Below are positions 50,544-63,374 of a stretch of 64,000 nucleotides of DNA, piece after piece. The stretch comes from Narcine bancroftii (taxonomy: Eukaryota). Made by a program: the position numbers and the translations under genes. Below the pieces are notes generated by a model. That model made no database searches, had not been told where the DNA came from, and was given only the letters and a program-made list of their open reading frames with translations. The first letter of the stretch is position 1, and the number at the start of each line of letters is the position of its first letter. Location: assembly GCF_036971445.1 (NCBI RefSeq), contig NC_091480.1, positions 3,534,001 to 3,598,000 on the forward strand. Direction: 5' to 3'.

Positions 50544-51534
50544 CATCCAACAGTTTGAGGGTCCATTTCAGTTCCTCCGGTGAAAGAACTCGCCCTTGAC
50601 CACAAATCGTCAACACCAGCAACAAACAAGCCCTTAGCGTCTCTCACTGTAAATCACTGCAACCTCAGACAGTTTCGTAGGATGGCGATACAGGAGCCAG
50701 CTTGGAGGCTGCAGATACCTCCAGGGAGATCAGATAAAGGGAGTAAGATCAGGTGAGTAGAGATAGCATGTTCCTTGAATGAAGGCCAAGGCTGGCAGAA
50801 TTAGGGAGCCCTGAATGACCAGAGTTATTAAGGCTTTGGTCAAGAAATGGGGAAAGGCAAATGGCTGCAAGTGCTGTCATCTGGAGTAAAATAATCTTGG
50901 AGGAACTAGATCATTGAGCAACATGGGGAGAAAAAGAATGGTTCTGCATTGTGGACGGCTGAGTACTTGCCATCAGGAGAAAGGGTTAAATTGATTGCCT
51001 GTGACCATCTCTGAACCCAAACCAAGGGTGCAGTGGGTGTGGAGAAGAGACACTTCAGTGGCAGCCATACCTGTTTCAAGATACAAACATAACGACAGCA
51101 CTGAAACAGGTCCTTCAACCCACATGTATGCATCGAAAATGTCTCATAGATTTCTAAATTATCAGGTCTCCCCTCAGCCTCAGATGTTCCAGAGAAAATA
51201 ACCCAAGTTTATCCAATTTCTCATACTTTTAAATCTGGACAGTAACCCAGTAAATCTCTTCTGTCCCCATTCCAAACACTCCACATCTTTCCTGTAATGG
51301 GCCAATGCAGTGTGCAGCCCTAACCAAAGTTTTATATGGCTGCAGCATAACTTCCTTACCTTAATGCCCCACCCAATGAGCTGAACATACCATGCATGTG
51401 CTTTCTGACCCAATTACTGGACCCTCAGGATGCCTCTGCACAACGAATCTTGGAGCAGTTAGCGCAACATCTTTACATCTCACTGTGTCCTCTTCAGTCA
51501 GGTATCTGCCGCTCTCTGACCTGTCAGGTCAACG

Positions 51535-52512
51535 AGCCAGGCAGCACTTCCCACCCCCGCCACTGGGGCCAGCACTTCCCAACCCCAGCACTTCCCACCC
51601 CCGCCACCGGGTGGCAGCACTTCCCTCAACTGCCACCGGGGAGCAGCATTTCCCACATTAACCATGGGGGGCAGCACTTCCCTCACACACCATCGGGGAG
51701 CAGTCCTTTCCTCACCCAGCACCGGGGGCAGCATTTCCCAACCCCACCTCTTGGGGGACAGCACTTCCCACACCCGCCACCGGGTGGCAGCACTTCCCTC
51801 AACTGCCACCGCGGAGCAGCATTTCCCTTACCTACCACGGGGGGGGGGGGGGCAGCACTTCCCTCACCCACCACCGGGGGCAGCACTTCCCTCACACACC
51901 ACCGGGGGCAGGACTTCCCACACCTACCACCGGGGGGGGGGGGCAAGCATTTCCCTCAACCGCCACGGAGGGGTGGCAGCACTTCCCACACCTACCACCG
52001 GGGGGCAGCACTTCCCTTACTCACCTCCGGGGGCAGCATTTCTCACCCCTGCCACCGGGGGGGGGGGGGGCAGCACTTCCCTCAATCGCCACAGAGGGCA
52101 GCACTTCCCTCACCCACCACTGGGGGCAGGACTTCCCTCACGCATAATCGGGGGGCAGTACTTCCCTCACGCATCATCGGGGGGCAGTACTTCCCTTACC
52201 CAGCACCGGGTGGCAGCACTTCCCTCAACCGCCACAGGGGGCAGCACTTCCCACACTTACCACCGGGGGGGGGGGGGGGGAGCACTTCCCTCACCCGCCA
52301 CCGGGGGTAGCACTTCCGTCACCGGGTGGTAGCACTTCCTACCTCCGCCATCGGGTGGCAGCACTTCCTAACTCCGCCATCGGGTGACAGCACTTCCTAA
52401 CTCCGCCACCGGGGGGCAGTACTTCTTAACTCCGCCACCGGAGGGCAGCAATTCCTAACTCCGCCACCGGGGGGCAGCACTTCCAATCCCTTCCACCAGG
52501 GGCAGCACTTTC
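51535..52512. repeat. About 30-bp GC-rich minisatellite upstream of the CCNF promoter
   Basis: Unit cagcacttccctcacccgccaccggggg(g)n with variants. Confidence 0.92.
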
Positions 52513-52544
52513 CGTCTGTGCAGCCCGATTCGAAAGTGCATTGT

Positions 52545-52801
52545 GTGCAGCCAATGGGATTCGGTCACAACCCGGAAGCCGTGCCGAACGTACCAATCAC
52601 TGTGAAGTGTAGGGAAGGAAGGTTTGTGATTGGCTGATGGATGAGAAAATGGGCGGGGCGTGTTCCAGGTCTTGCTCAATCAGCGCCGCGCATTTTGAAA
52701 CGTTCACCGGCGACGGCGGGTTGGAAACGGTCGGCGCGCGGGGCGGCGGGAGCGAGGTCAGGGGTAGCGGCGGCCTCGAGGGCGGCGGGAACAGGGTAAA
52801 G
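52545..52801 (+). promoter_or_regulatory. CCNF promoter: three CCAAT boxes, ETS, GC box, CDE/CHR
   Basis: CCAAT at 52551 and 52593, ATTGG at 52629; CCGGAAG at 52572; GGGCGGGG at 52651; GCCGC-N4-TTTGAA with CHR at 52694-52699; CpG island. Confidence 0.8.
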
Positions 52802-52814
52802 ATGCGGGCGGACG
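52802..52814 (+). CDS. CCNF: CCNF coding exon 1 (MRAD-V)
   Basis: aagATG in a CpG island, strong donor G|gtgagt, phase 1 fits exon 2; human exon 1 is likewise a few codons. Confidence 0.78.
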
Positions 52815-52845
52815 GTGAGTCCCGGGTGGTTCGGTGGGGGGAGCT

Positions 52846-53805
52846 GTTGGGTGAGGGGGGAGTTGGGTGAGGGGGGAGTTGGGTGAGGGGGGAGTTGGGT
52901 GGGGGGGTGTTGGGTGGGGGGGTGAGGGGGGTGTAGGCTGAGGGGGGTGTAGGCTGAGGGGGGTGTATGGCTGAGGGGGGTGTAGGCTGAGGGGGGTGTA
53001 GGCTGAGGGGGGTGTAGGCTGAGGGGGGTGTAGGCTGAGGGGGGTGTAGGCTGAGGGGGGTGTAGGCTGAGGGGGGTGTAGGCTGAGGGGGGTGTAGGCT
53101 GAGGGGGGTGTAGGCTGAGGGGGGTGTAGGCTGAGGGGGGTGTAGGCTGAGGGGGGTGTAGGCTGAGGGGGGTGTAGGCTGAGGGGGGAGTTGGCTGGGG
53201 GGGTGTTGGCTGGGGGGGTGAGGGGGAGTTGGGTGGGGGGTGTTGGCTGGGGGGGTGAGGGGGGGTTGTAGGCTGAGGGGGGTGTAGGCTGAGGGGGGTG
53301 TAGGCTGAGGGGGAGTTGGGTGGGGGGGAGTTGGGTGGGGGGGAGTTGGGTGGGGGGGAGTTGGGTGGGGGGGAGTTGGGTGGGGGGGAGTTGGGTGGGG
53401 GGGAGTTGGCTGGGGGGGAGTTGGCTGGGGGGGGTGTTGGCTGGGGGGGTGAGGGGGAGTTGGGTGGGGGGGTGTTGGCTGGGGGGGTGAGGGGGGGGTT
53501 GTAGGCTGAGGGGCGGGGGTAGGCTGAGGGGCGGGGGTAGGCTGAGGGGGGGGTGTTGGGTAATCGGGGGGGGTGTTGGGTAATCGGGGGGGGGTGTTGG
53601 GTAATCGGGGGGGTGTTGGGTAATCGGGGGGGGGTGTTGGGTAATCGGGGGGGGGTGTTGGGTAATCGGGGGGGGGTGTTGGGTAATCGGGGGGGGTGTT
53701 GGGTAATCGGGGGGGGGTGTTGGGTAATCGGGGGGGGGTGTTGGGTAATCGGGGGGGGGGTGTTGGGTAATCGGGGGGGGGGTGTTGGGTAATCGGGGGG
53801 GGTTG
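52846..53805 (+). repeat. G-rich compound tandem repeat in CCNF intron 1
   Basis: Blocks of GAGGGGGGTGTAGGCT, GGGGGGGAGTTGGGT and GGGGGGGTGTTGGGTAATC. Confidence 0.95.
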
Positions 53806-54522
53806 TGGATTTGGTGGAGAGTAGGGTTGGGGCTGCAAGCTGCTAGAGATGCCAGGAACCCTCCTTCCCCCCTCCACCGTCCGATGCCCTGTAACCGGAC
53901 AGAGCAGGTGGGATGTGACTGGTTTGGGGGTGATTAGTGAGCACTCCATCGAAGACAAGTGACTCACTGGTCGGGAGTAACTTGGAGATACTGTGCCAAA
54001 ACATTCCCCATCCTTTCTCTGCCTCCTCGAAGACTGTGGTGGGATCTGATGGACGTTCGTAAGATGGAGGCATGAATTAGGGAGGCAGCCAGTCTTCTTT
54101 TCCAGGATAAAATGTGAAATAGTGGAGGAAATTGCTTCATGGCGGTGCAGTTTAATGGGTTTGTGTGAGGAAGGTTATTTTTTCATTGAAACTGCGGGAT
54201 GCCTGGAACACAGGAGGCAAAGTTTTACTTTAAGCATCCTATTCCCCATAGACGTTGTATGTTCCCGTGCTGGAATGTTCCGTGTTCTCTCCACATTGTA
54301 CAATTACCCTACATAAAATAGTCTATAGACTTGCTGGGATCTTAAATAGGATCATGGATGGGCAACAAATGCTGATCTCACTTTGCCAAGATAACAAAAA
54401 TCAATTGGCTTTTGATTTGACTAATTTGAACTTTTTTATTGCTAATATAAAGTTGTGGTTTACAAAATTTATCTGAGTGCCTATTCAATTCGTAAATACA
54501 GTTCAAAGTCCTAGCTCTCATA

Positions 54523-54862
54523 CAGGTACACGATCCTTCTTCCGGAACTGCCCAGCAACAGTGTGTCCGAATTTCGGAAAGCCAGATTTAAACCCACTCG
54601 AATTGTACTGCCGTATCCACCCCCATCCCCTTAGTCACCTTGCCGTCTTCCCCCACCCCCCTCACCCACCCAACTCGTACTGCCGGCCTCCCCCTCCTCG
54701 CCCACCCGACTCGCACTGCCAGTCTCCCCCTCCTTGGCTGCCTGACTCGTGCTGCCGGTCTCCCCCCTTGCCTGCCTGACTTGTGCTGCTGCCTCTCTTT
54801 CCACTTGCTGGATTTTGGAGCTTTCCGGATTTTAGATGTCCGAATAAAGGATCGTGTACCTG
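54523..54862. mobile_element. Tc1/mariner (Tigger-like) MITE
   Basis: TA-flanked perfect TIRs caggtacacgatcctt / aaggatcgtgtacctg. Confidence 0.88.
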
Positions 54863-55494
54863 TACAGACAACATAAATCACAGACCAGAAGGAGGGTCTG
54901 GTCCTTTGCCTACTCTACTGATCTACTTCTCCTCTTTCCTGTGTGATTCACGATTCTGACGGTTCCTTTGTTATCCAGAATTCAACCTGTTTTGCATTTC
55001 TGGGTTCCACAATCTCCCAGGTGGTAATTCCACCAATGCACCATCCCCTGCATGAAGAAATTTCTCCTCAGCTCTCACCTGTAGATGAGGTGATGGTTCC
55101 TGGTTTCGGTCCTCTCATCTGGATGGCGCATCTTTCCTGTGTTCAAACTATCAAGCCCTGTAATTACATCCATTTCAATGAAATATCTCATTTGTATAAA
55201 TTCTGAAAATTAAACGCTTAGACTGCTCTATCTCTTCACGTACAAAGAACCACTGTCCCTGGAATCCTTTATGAGAAATGGGTAAAGCAATTTATATGAA
55301 CCTTTTTGTTTATTGAGTATCTGGATTCCTCTCCACTTAGTCCATCCTTATGTGTTCCATTGAGGGAAGGGAGAAAATCCTGTGGGGGTATCTAAACAGC
55401 TCTGGGTCTCATGTGAAGATTCTTGATGGAACTGAAGTTTGAGTTTCTGAGTAAGATTTAAAAATCCCATTTCTCTACTTTTCTAATCTTTCAG

Positions 55495-55649
55495 TGTTTC
55501 GCTGTAAATGTGCAAAATGTGTCTCACTACTTGCAAGACAGAGAGTGAAGAAAAGTGCCTTTGCCCTGACGCTGCTCGGCCTCCCGGCTGATATTTTGCT
55601 TTGTGTTTTGGAATGTCTCCCAGCCCAGGATATTCTGCATTTCCGAGCT
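55495..55649 (+). CDS. CCNF: CCNF exon 2 (VFRCKCAKC...LTLLGLPADILLCVLECLPAQDILHFRA), F-box start
   Basis: tctttcag| ... GCT|gtaagt; homologous to human VHCRCAKC...LSLPEDVLFHILKWL...RA. Confidence 0.93.
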
Positions 55650-55774
55650 GTAAGTTGGTTGGCTTTTCTGTAATGAGAATGTGTGATGAGAATGGAAGAA
55701 TGCCACTATATAAGAAACCCATATGGATTGGGGTCACACCCTTCATGCCAAAAGAAATGTGAAAATATGCAGTA

Positions 55775-56040
55775 TTTAAATTTTTTTTTAAATGTAGACG
55801 TACAGCATGGTAACAGGTTATTTCAGCCCATGAGTCTGTGCTGCCCAATTTGCACCCCATTAACATAGACCCCCCCCCCCCCCCCCACTAAGTTTTGAAC
55901 TGGAGGCCCTGGAGAAAACCCATGGAGACATCGGGAGAATGTACAAACTCCTTACAGTGCAGGATTTGAACCCCGGTCCAGTCCCAATCACTGGCGCTGT
56001 AAAGGTGTTGTGCTAACCACGACATCAACCATGCCACCCT
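55775..56040 (-). mobile_element. tRNA-derived SINE copy in CCNF intron 2
   Basis: Reverse complement of the family at 251-478. Confidence 0.75.
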
Positions 56041-56439
56041 TTTGCATCCTGAATACGTAGCATTCCACATTCAAGTGTGCCGAAACTTACCAAGGACTGA
56101 GTTTTGAGGTGGTTTTGTGGCTCTTTCCATGTGTTGTAGTTAGTCTCTGAAAACCCAGCTTGCTGCAGTCCCACCATGTGTGATTAAACCAATGCATAGG
56201 TGGGTGCATTGCAGATCTCGTGTCCTCCTCCACAGAACCTAATAACCCCTGTGTCTGGGTCTTATTGGGCTTTTGAATGATGATTGTTGGATCTTGAATA
56301 GGTAAGATTGTGTTCAGAGGAACAATCCCTTGTCGGAACTCTGTCGAGAGTGCTGGCATGCATTAGTTTTCATAGGACGCTTTGTTCTTGATATATTGTG
56401 TAAGAAGTTCACAGAAATTCATCTACTCCTGCCTTTCAG

Positions 56440-56546
56440 GTGCACCCTCTCTTTAAATCCCTTGTTGACAATCATTCCAGTGTTTGGGCCCATGCAAATT
56501 TTCAGGAAATTTGGCCGTCTCCAGTAAATCGGTGGCTCTTTGAAAG
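56440..56546 (+). CDS. CCNF: CCNF exon 3 (VHPLFKSLVDNHSSVWAHANFQEIWPSPVNRWLFER)
   Basis: ctttcag| ... AG|gtacag; close to human LVDNHASVWACASFQELWPSP. Confidence 0.95.
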
Positions 56547-57316
56547 GTACAGTTTTTCGATGTGTTGCTGTTTTCAAAAGAACGTAAATAGAAGCAGGTA
56601 TGAACATTTATCATCTGTCGGCTTCCTGTTCAACATGATCCATCTTTTACCTTGGCACCACTTTCCTACACAAGCCCAAGATCCACTGCTGATCGAAGAT
56701 TCTCTTCATCTGCTTTGAATAAACTGTAATTTCAAAGGTTCCCATGGTCTGAATGAAGATTCTTCTCCCTTGTGAATGGAATGGTTAACTCCACAACTTT
56801 TGATATTCATCTGGATTCAAGCACCGAAGTACATTCTTTAATTGGCTTGAGGTTTCCTTGTGCAACGTGCCAACCATGGGGGGGAAGAATTGCTCCACTC
56901 TCCATCACATTGGATGGGACTATCTGCAGTTTTCCAGGAATCCAAGCTGACAGCCCAATCTCTTTATTTTCCAAGTGCCCTGTAATCCCATTTCTAGATT
57001 CCAGTATTTTCCCTCCTGTTTGCAGTTCTTCTTAAACATGTTGTGTTGGGGTTGCAAGTTGTTCTGTTTCACTTCATGTCCATATTTGTTGCCTCGTTGA
57101 TGCAGTTGTTTAGTGTGCCAAATCAGCAAGTGTTCATTCAGGCATTGACCCTTAAACGCTCAAAGGAAAAGGAGCTTTGTCCAAAATGCTGACATCTGGT
57201 TTTTAGAACGTAGAACAGCACAATTGTTAGACTATTAAAAACCAAAATGTTGCCTTCCTCCATTTGGGGGGAGGAAGAAATCTTTGCTGCAACTCTGATA
57301 ACAACCTTTGTTCTAG

Positions 57317-57384
57317 GGCTGCAGAAAGTGGGAACTTTGAAGCTGCAATAAAGCTAGGGATAGCATACCTTTACAACGAAGGAC
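57317..57384 (+). CDS. CCNF: CCNF exon 4 (AAESGNFEAAIKLGIAYLYNEG)
   Basis: ttctag| ... C|gtaagt; close to human AAEKGNFEAAVKLGIAYLYNEG. No further exon seen in the window. Confidence 0.95.
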
Positions 57385-57689
57385 GTAAGTATTGATGCTG
57401 CTTTTTAAAATACATTTACATTGGGACAAACACAGAAGATTCAAAGGAACTCTAGGATAATAAATTGAATTTTAAATTCTTTCCCACATAATTATCGAGT
57501 CAGCTGGTTTTAAAGACTGAGATGATTGTTTCGGAGCAGGCTAAACGATATGGGGACATTGCCAATTCTATAGCAGTTCCAGGTGAATGATATGGGGACA
57601 AGTTATAGCATGAGGCGAAGTGACAGGCAGAGGAAAAACAGTAAGCGAAACTTGTACCATAATGTTCGGAGATCATTGTTCAGGACTAA

Positions 57690-58780
57690 AAGTAATGTAC
57701 AACTTCACAAAGTTAAAAAGAAATTGATGAGAGTAGGGCAATGGATGTATATGGATTTTAAAAAGGCATTTGACAAGGACCTCCAGAGGCATGTGATTAA
57801 TGCAAGCTTGGCTGCGTAGGTTCAGAATTGGCTTGACTGCACAAAGCAGAGGGTGATAATAGACAGAACATCTTCTGCCTGGATGTCAGTGATCAGTGGA
57901 GTTCTGCAGGAATCTGTTCTGGGACTCCTTCACTTTGTGATTTTTTAAAAAATATATAAATGACTTGGACGGAGAATTCGAGGGATGGGTCAGTTAGTTT
58001 GCAGCTGACATGAAGGTTGGAGGTGTTGATTAGGTTGTTGAAGGTTACAACATGAAACACAGTTGGGAAGAAAATGGAGGATTGAACTTGAAGGCAGAGT
58101 GCATGATTTATGGAAGGATTCTTAACTATGTGGAAAAGCAGTGGGTCTTGGGGGGTCCAAATCCATTTCTCAAGGTTGCTATGCAGATTGATAGGGTAGT
58201 TAAGAAGACTTATGGTATGCTGGCCTTTGTTAGTCAAGGAATTGAGTTCAAGAGGCGTAAGGTAATTTTCAGCTCTATAAAGCTGGCGAGATCACACTAG
58301 GGATATTCAGTTCAGTTCTGGATACCTCATTGCAGGAAGGATATGGAAGCCTGGGAGAGGGTGCAGAGGAGATTTACCAGGATGTTGCCTGGATTGGAGA
58401 CCATCTTGCGAAGCAAGGTTGGAGTGAAGAAAGATAAATCGTGACTTAGTGGAGGACGACAAGATTATGATAGGCATTGGATGAACAGTCAGCACCCTTT
58501 TCCCCAGGCGACAGAAGCAAGTACCAGAGGACATCTCTTTAATGTGAAGGGAGGTAAGTTTAGGAGAGAGGTCAGAGATCAGGTTTTTGCACAGAGTTGT
58601 GGGTGCCTGGAATGTGTTGCCAGGGATCGTGGTGGAAGCTGATACAATAGAGACATACCTAAGATTCTTGGGCATATGGATACCAAAAAAATGGATGGTT
58701 ATAGGTGTGAGGTTTGGGGAGGGGGTTTAGATTGTTGAGTTGATGTACATCGGACAGTATTGCTGTTGTGTTCTGTATTA
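57690..58780 (+). mobile_element. CR1 RT/3' fragment
   Basis: MDFKKAFDK, SGVLQESVLG, ERVQRRFTRMLPGLE. Confidence 0.82.
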
Positions 58781-58999
58781 TGAAGGCAAAGCTGGGGTTG
58801 TAATTTGCAGAAAAGACCTGCACAAGAATGCATGGAATTGGGAGTAATCTATTAGCACAGATAGAGGATTTGTTCACCAACAGAGAGTTTCTTGGGTCAC
58901 ACAACAGTTCACAATATATGTAAATTATTTGAAAGAGAGGATTGAGTGTGGTGTGTATCTGTTCGCTGATGACACTGAATTGAGTGGTAAAGCAAATTA

Positions 59000-61900
59000 T
59001 GACCGAGTTTTCATAATTATATTGTCTTTTTTACCTCAATCATATCTCCCCTCATCCTTCAAAATTCCAACGTATACAACCCCAGTTTATCCAACCTTTC
59101 GGCATATGTCAATAACCTTGTGAATCTACGCTGCACTCCCTCAATAGTAAGAATGTCCTTCCTCAAATTAGGAGACCAGAAATGGACATGATACTCCAGA
59201 TGTGGTATCACCAGGACTCTGTACAACTGCAGAAAGACATCTTCACTCCTATACTCTATTCCCCTTTTTCTGAAGGCCAACACGCCATTTGTCTTTTTCA
59301 CAACTTGTTGAACTCTGCATGCTAGCTTTTAGTGATCGATGTACCAGTACACCTAGATCACGTTACACTTCCCCATTCGCTAACTTGACTCCATTTAAAT
59401 AATAATCTGCCTTCCTGTTCGTGCTCCCAAAGTGGATATCCTCACCTTTATCCACATTAAACTGAATCTTCCATGCATCCGCCCACTCACCCAACCTGTC
59501 CAAGTCCCCCTGTATTTTCCTAACATCTTCCCCACACTTTACACTGCCACCCAGTTTTGTGTCATCTGCAAATTTGATAATATTATTTATAATCTCCTTA
59601 TCTAAATTATTAATATATATGATAAACAACTGAAGACCCGGCACCAAGCCATGCAGGACCCCATTTGTCACATCTTGCCATCCCAAAAGTGACCTAATAA
59701 TCCCTACTCTTTGTTTCCTGTCGGTCAACAATTTTCTATCCATGTCAGCACCCTACCCCGAATACCATGCTTTCTGATTTTGCCTACTAATCTCTTGCGT
59801 GGGACCTTATCAAAAGCCTGAAAGTCCAAGCACATCCCATCCACTGGCTCTCCCATGTCCACCCTCCTCAACCACATCCTTGAAAAATTTTACAAGATTG
59901 GTCAAGCATGATTTTCCCTTCCATGCCGACTTGTAATTATACTATTATTTCTGTCTAAGAGTTCTGTTATTTCTTTTATAATAGATTCTAATATCTTCCC
60001 CTTACTGACGTCAGGCTAACTGGTCTGTAATTGCCTGTTTTCTCTCTCCCTCCCTTCTTTAAAAAGTGGCACAACATAAGCCACCCTCTAATCCACCGGC
60101 ACCTCTCCTGGATCTATAGAACACTGGAAAATGTTGTCCAATGTGTCCACAATTTCAAGAGCAACTTCCCTAAGCATCCTGGGTGTCCCATCAGGCCCTG
60201 GGGACTTATCAACTTTCAGTCCTTTCAATTTATTCAAGATCACATGCTTCTGAATCTGGATTTCCATCAATTCCTCCATTACCATTGGAATTTCTATCAA
60301 TTCCTTTGAAACCGCAGGACCCCCCCCACTGACCTTCACCTGTATCTTCCCTGGTGAAGACAGATCCAAAGTATCTGTTAAACTTGTCAGCCATGTCCTT
60401 GCTTCCCGTAATAATTTCGCCCATTTCTGTTTTTAAAGGCCCAATTTTGGTCCTAACTAATTTTTTCCTCTTTACATACCGAAAGAAGCTTTTACGATCC
60501 CCTTTTATATTATTGGCTAGTTTACCCTTGTCTTAATTTTTTTCCTCCACTATACCTTTCTTAGTTATCTTCTGTTGCTCTTTGAAGGTTTCCCACTCCT
60601 CTTTGCTATATTCTACTTCATCTCCTTGGTCTTGATACTGTTCTTGACTTCATTTGTCAGCCTCAGTTGCCCTTTGCTCACTTTAGAACCTTTCTTCTTT
60701 GGAATGAACTGGTCCTGCACTTTCTGAAAAATGCCCAGAAATCCCTGCCATTTTTGTTCCACTGTTCTCCCAGCCAGGGTATCTTTGCATTGTACTTTGG
60801 TGAGCTCCTCCCTCATGGCTGCATAATCCAATTTATTCAACTCTAATACTGATACTTCCGACTTTCTTTCCTTCTTCCTTTCAAATTGCAAATAAAAACT
60901 TTCCATAATATGGTCACTATTACCTAATGGCTCCCCTAATTCGAGGTCCCTCATCAAATCCGCATCATTACACAACACCAAATCCAGAATTATCTTCCCC
61001 CTGGTGGGATCCATCATGAGCTTCTTTAAGAATGAATCCCAGAGACATTCTATAAACTCACATTTTTGCAGTCCCACACTAGCTAGATTTCCCAGTCTAC
61101 CTGCATGTTGAAATGCCTCATAACTGTATCATTACCATTCTGACATATCAATCTTTACTCCTGATTTATTCTGCCTCCTATATCCAAGCTACTGTTTGGG
61201 GGCCTATATATGACTCCCATTATGGTCCTCTTGCCCTTACAATTCCTCAACTCTATCCAAACAGACTCTACTCCACCTACTTTTATGTCGCTCCTTTCAA
61301 GGGACTGAAAATCATTCCTCAACAACAGAGCCACCCCACCCCCCCTACCCACCTGTCTGTCCTTTCAATAGGATGTATACCCTAGAATATTAATTTCCCA
61401 ATCCTGGCCCTCCTGCAGCCATGTTTCTGTTATTCCTATAACATCATACCCTCCAATATGTAGTTGAGCCTCAAGCTCATCCATTTTATTTCTTGTACTC
61501 TGTACGTTCATGTATAATCCCTTTAATATGTTACTCCCACACCCTTGTAACCTGATGCACTTGGCCATACTCTCCGATCCCTTTCTGCTCCTTCTGCATT
61601 TTTAATTTCACTGCCTATCCGAACTTTTCCTATTTTCTCTTTCCTATCCATTGTCCTATCACTCGGGTTCCCATCCCCCTGTCAAATTAGTTTAAACCAT
61701 ACCCAACAGCTCTATTAAACCTGCCCGCCAGGGCAATATTGGCCCCTTTTGTGTTCAGGTGTAACCCATCCCTCTTGTGGAGGTCATGCCTACCCCAGAA
61801 GAGATTCCAATGGTTTAAGAATCTGACACCCTGCCTTCTGCACCAGCCCCTCAGCCACACAATCATCCGTCTGATCCTTCCATTTTTGCCCCCACTTGCA

Positions 61901-62530
61901 CTCGGTACAGGTAGAAATCACAAGATCACTACCATGGGGGTCCTGTCTCTTAGCTTCCATCCTAACTCCCTTTTCAGGACCTCCTTTTTTTAAATCTATG
62001 TCATTGGTACCAAGACATCAGGCTGCTCACCCTCTCCTCTCAGAATACTCTGAACCCGATTTGAGATATCTCGCACCCTGGCACCTGGAAGGCAACACAC
62101 CATGCGGGTATATCTATCAGGCTCACAGAATCCTTTGTCTGTACCCCTGACAATGGAGTCCCCAATGACCACTGCATTCCTCTTACTTCCCTTCTACACC
62201 ACAGCGCTAGCTAAGCTCAGTGCCAGTGACCTGGTCACTGTGGCCATCCTCTGTCAAATCAGCCCCCTCAACAGTATCCAATACAATGTGCCTGTTGCTG
62301 AAAGGAATAGCCACAGGGATGCTCTCCACTATCCTGGCATTTCTCTTCCCTCCCCTGGCAGTTGCCCACTTAGCAGACCCCTCTAATCTAGGGGTAACTA
62401 CCTCCCGCTACGTCCTATCATTGACCTCTTCACTCTCCCTAACAAGCTGCGGGTCATCAAGCTGCAACTCCATCTCTCTAATTTGGTCCTTGAGGAGCTG
62501 GATCCCAGTGCACCCAGTGCAGATGTGACC
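59000..62530 (-). mobile_element. Near full-length, disrupted CR1 LINE (ORF1 remnant, endonuclease, RT)
   Basis: Minus ORFs: IGITETWLQ, GGGVALL..IYRPP, LGNSDH, KVDKSPGPDG, KFADDTKLGG, VQRRFTRL. Confidence 0.9.
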
Positions 62531-63374
62531 ATTGGGGAGGAGGAAGGTCCTTTCAACCACCTCATCGCTCTCCCCTAAAAGCCGCAGGACATCAAGCTGT
62601 AGTTCCAGTTCCCCAACTCAGTTTGAAGGAGCTGCATGTTTGTTGCGAGAGGGATTGAATTTAAGATCAAGGAAGTTCTGTTGCAACTATGGGGGAGGCT
62701 GTACCTGGAGTACTGGCTGCAATTCTGGTCTTGTTTGAGAAAAGCATACAGGCTTTTCTCAAACAAGTGGTACAGAGCTTGTTAATCTGGTTACTTCTGG
62801 AAATGAGAGATTTCATCGTCTCAGTAGAGTTTGGAAGGATGAGGTGGAATTGTATGAAAGTAAGCAGGGAGGTTGCTTCCACTGGCAGCTGAGACTAAAA
62901 CTTGGGACATCAACTCGAGTCGGGGTAGATTTAAGTCAAACAAGGGGGAATTGTTCTGAGAGAGATGTCAGTCCTCTGCTCAATGAAGTAGCAGAAGCCA
63001 CCTCATGAAGTATAATTGAGACAGATTTTTTGATTAAGAGTAATTGAGGGCTACAGGGAGCACACAGATATATCCATGAGTGGAATTAGGCCATTCAGCC
63101 ATTGATCCATCATCAACCTCATTCTCCTGCCTTTTCCCCTTAACCCTTCATTCTCTTCCTAATAAAAAAAACTCATCTTCAATGTATCCAATGACTTGGC
63201 CTTCACAGCAATCTGCAGCAACAACTTCCAGAATCAGAATTTATTGCCATGAATGTCACAAAATTTGTTGTAATGCAGCAGCGTCACAGGGCAAACATTG
63301 ATATGAACCACCTTACAACATAAATAAAAATAGTGCACGAAAAGTCAAAGTGAGGCGGTCTCTTTGGTTCATTG

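Noticed and set aside
51396-52332. Gly/His/Pro-rich ORFs of 222-304 aa
   Set aside because: Products of the approximately 30-bp minisatellite.
52597-53967. 456-aa proline-rich (extensin-like) minus ORF
   Set aside because: Reverse complement of the G-rich intronic repeat, overlapping the CCNF promoter and exon 1.
56204-56242. VHCR peptide resembling the human cyclin F N-terminus
   Set aside because: Stops after 12 codons; the true exon 2 is 55495-55649.
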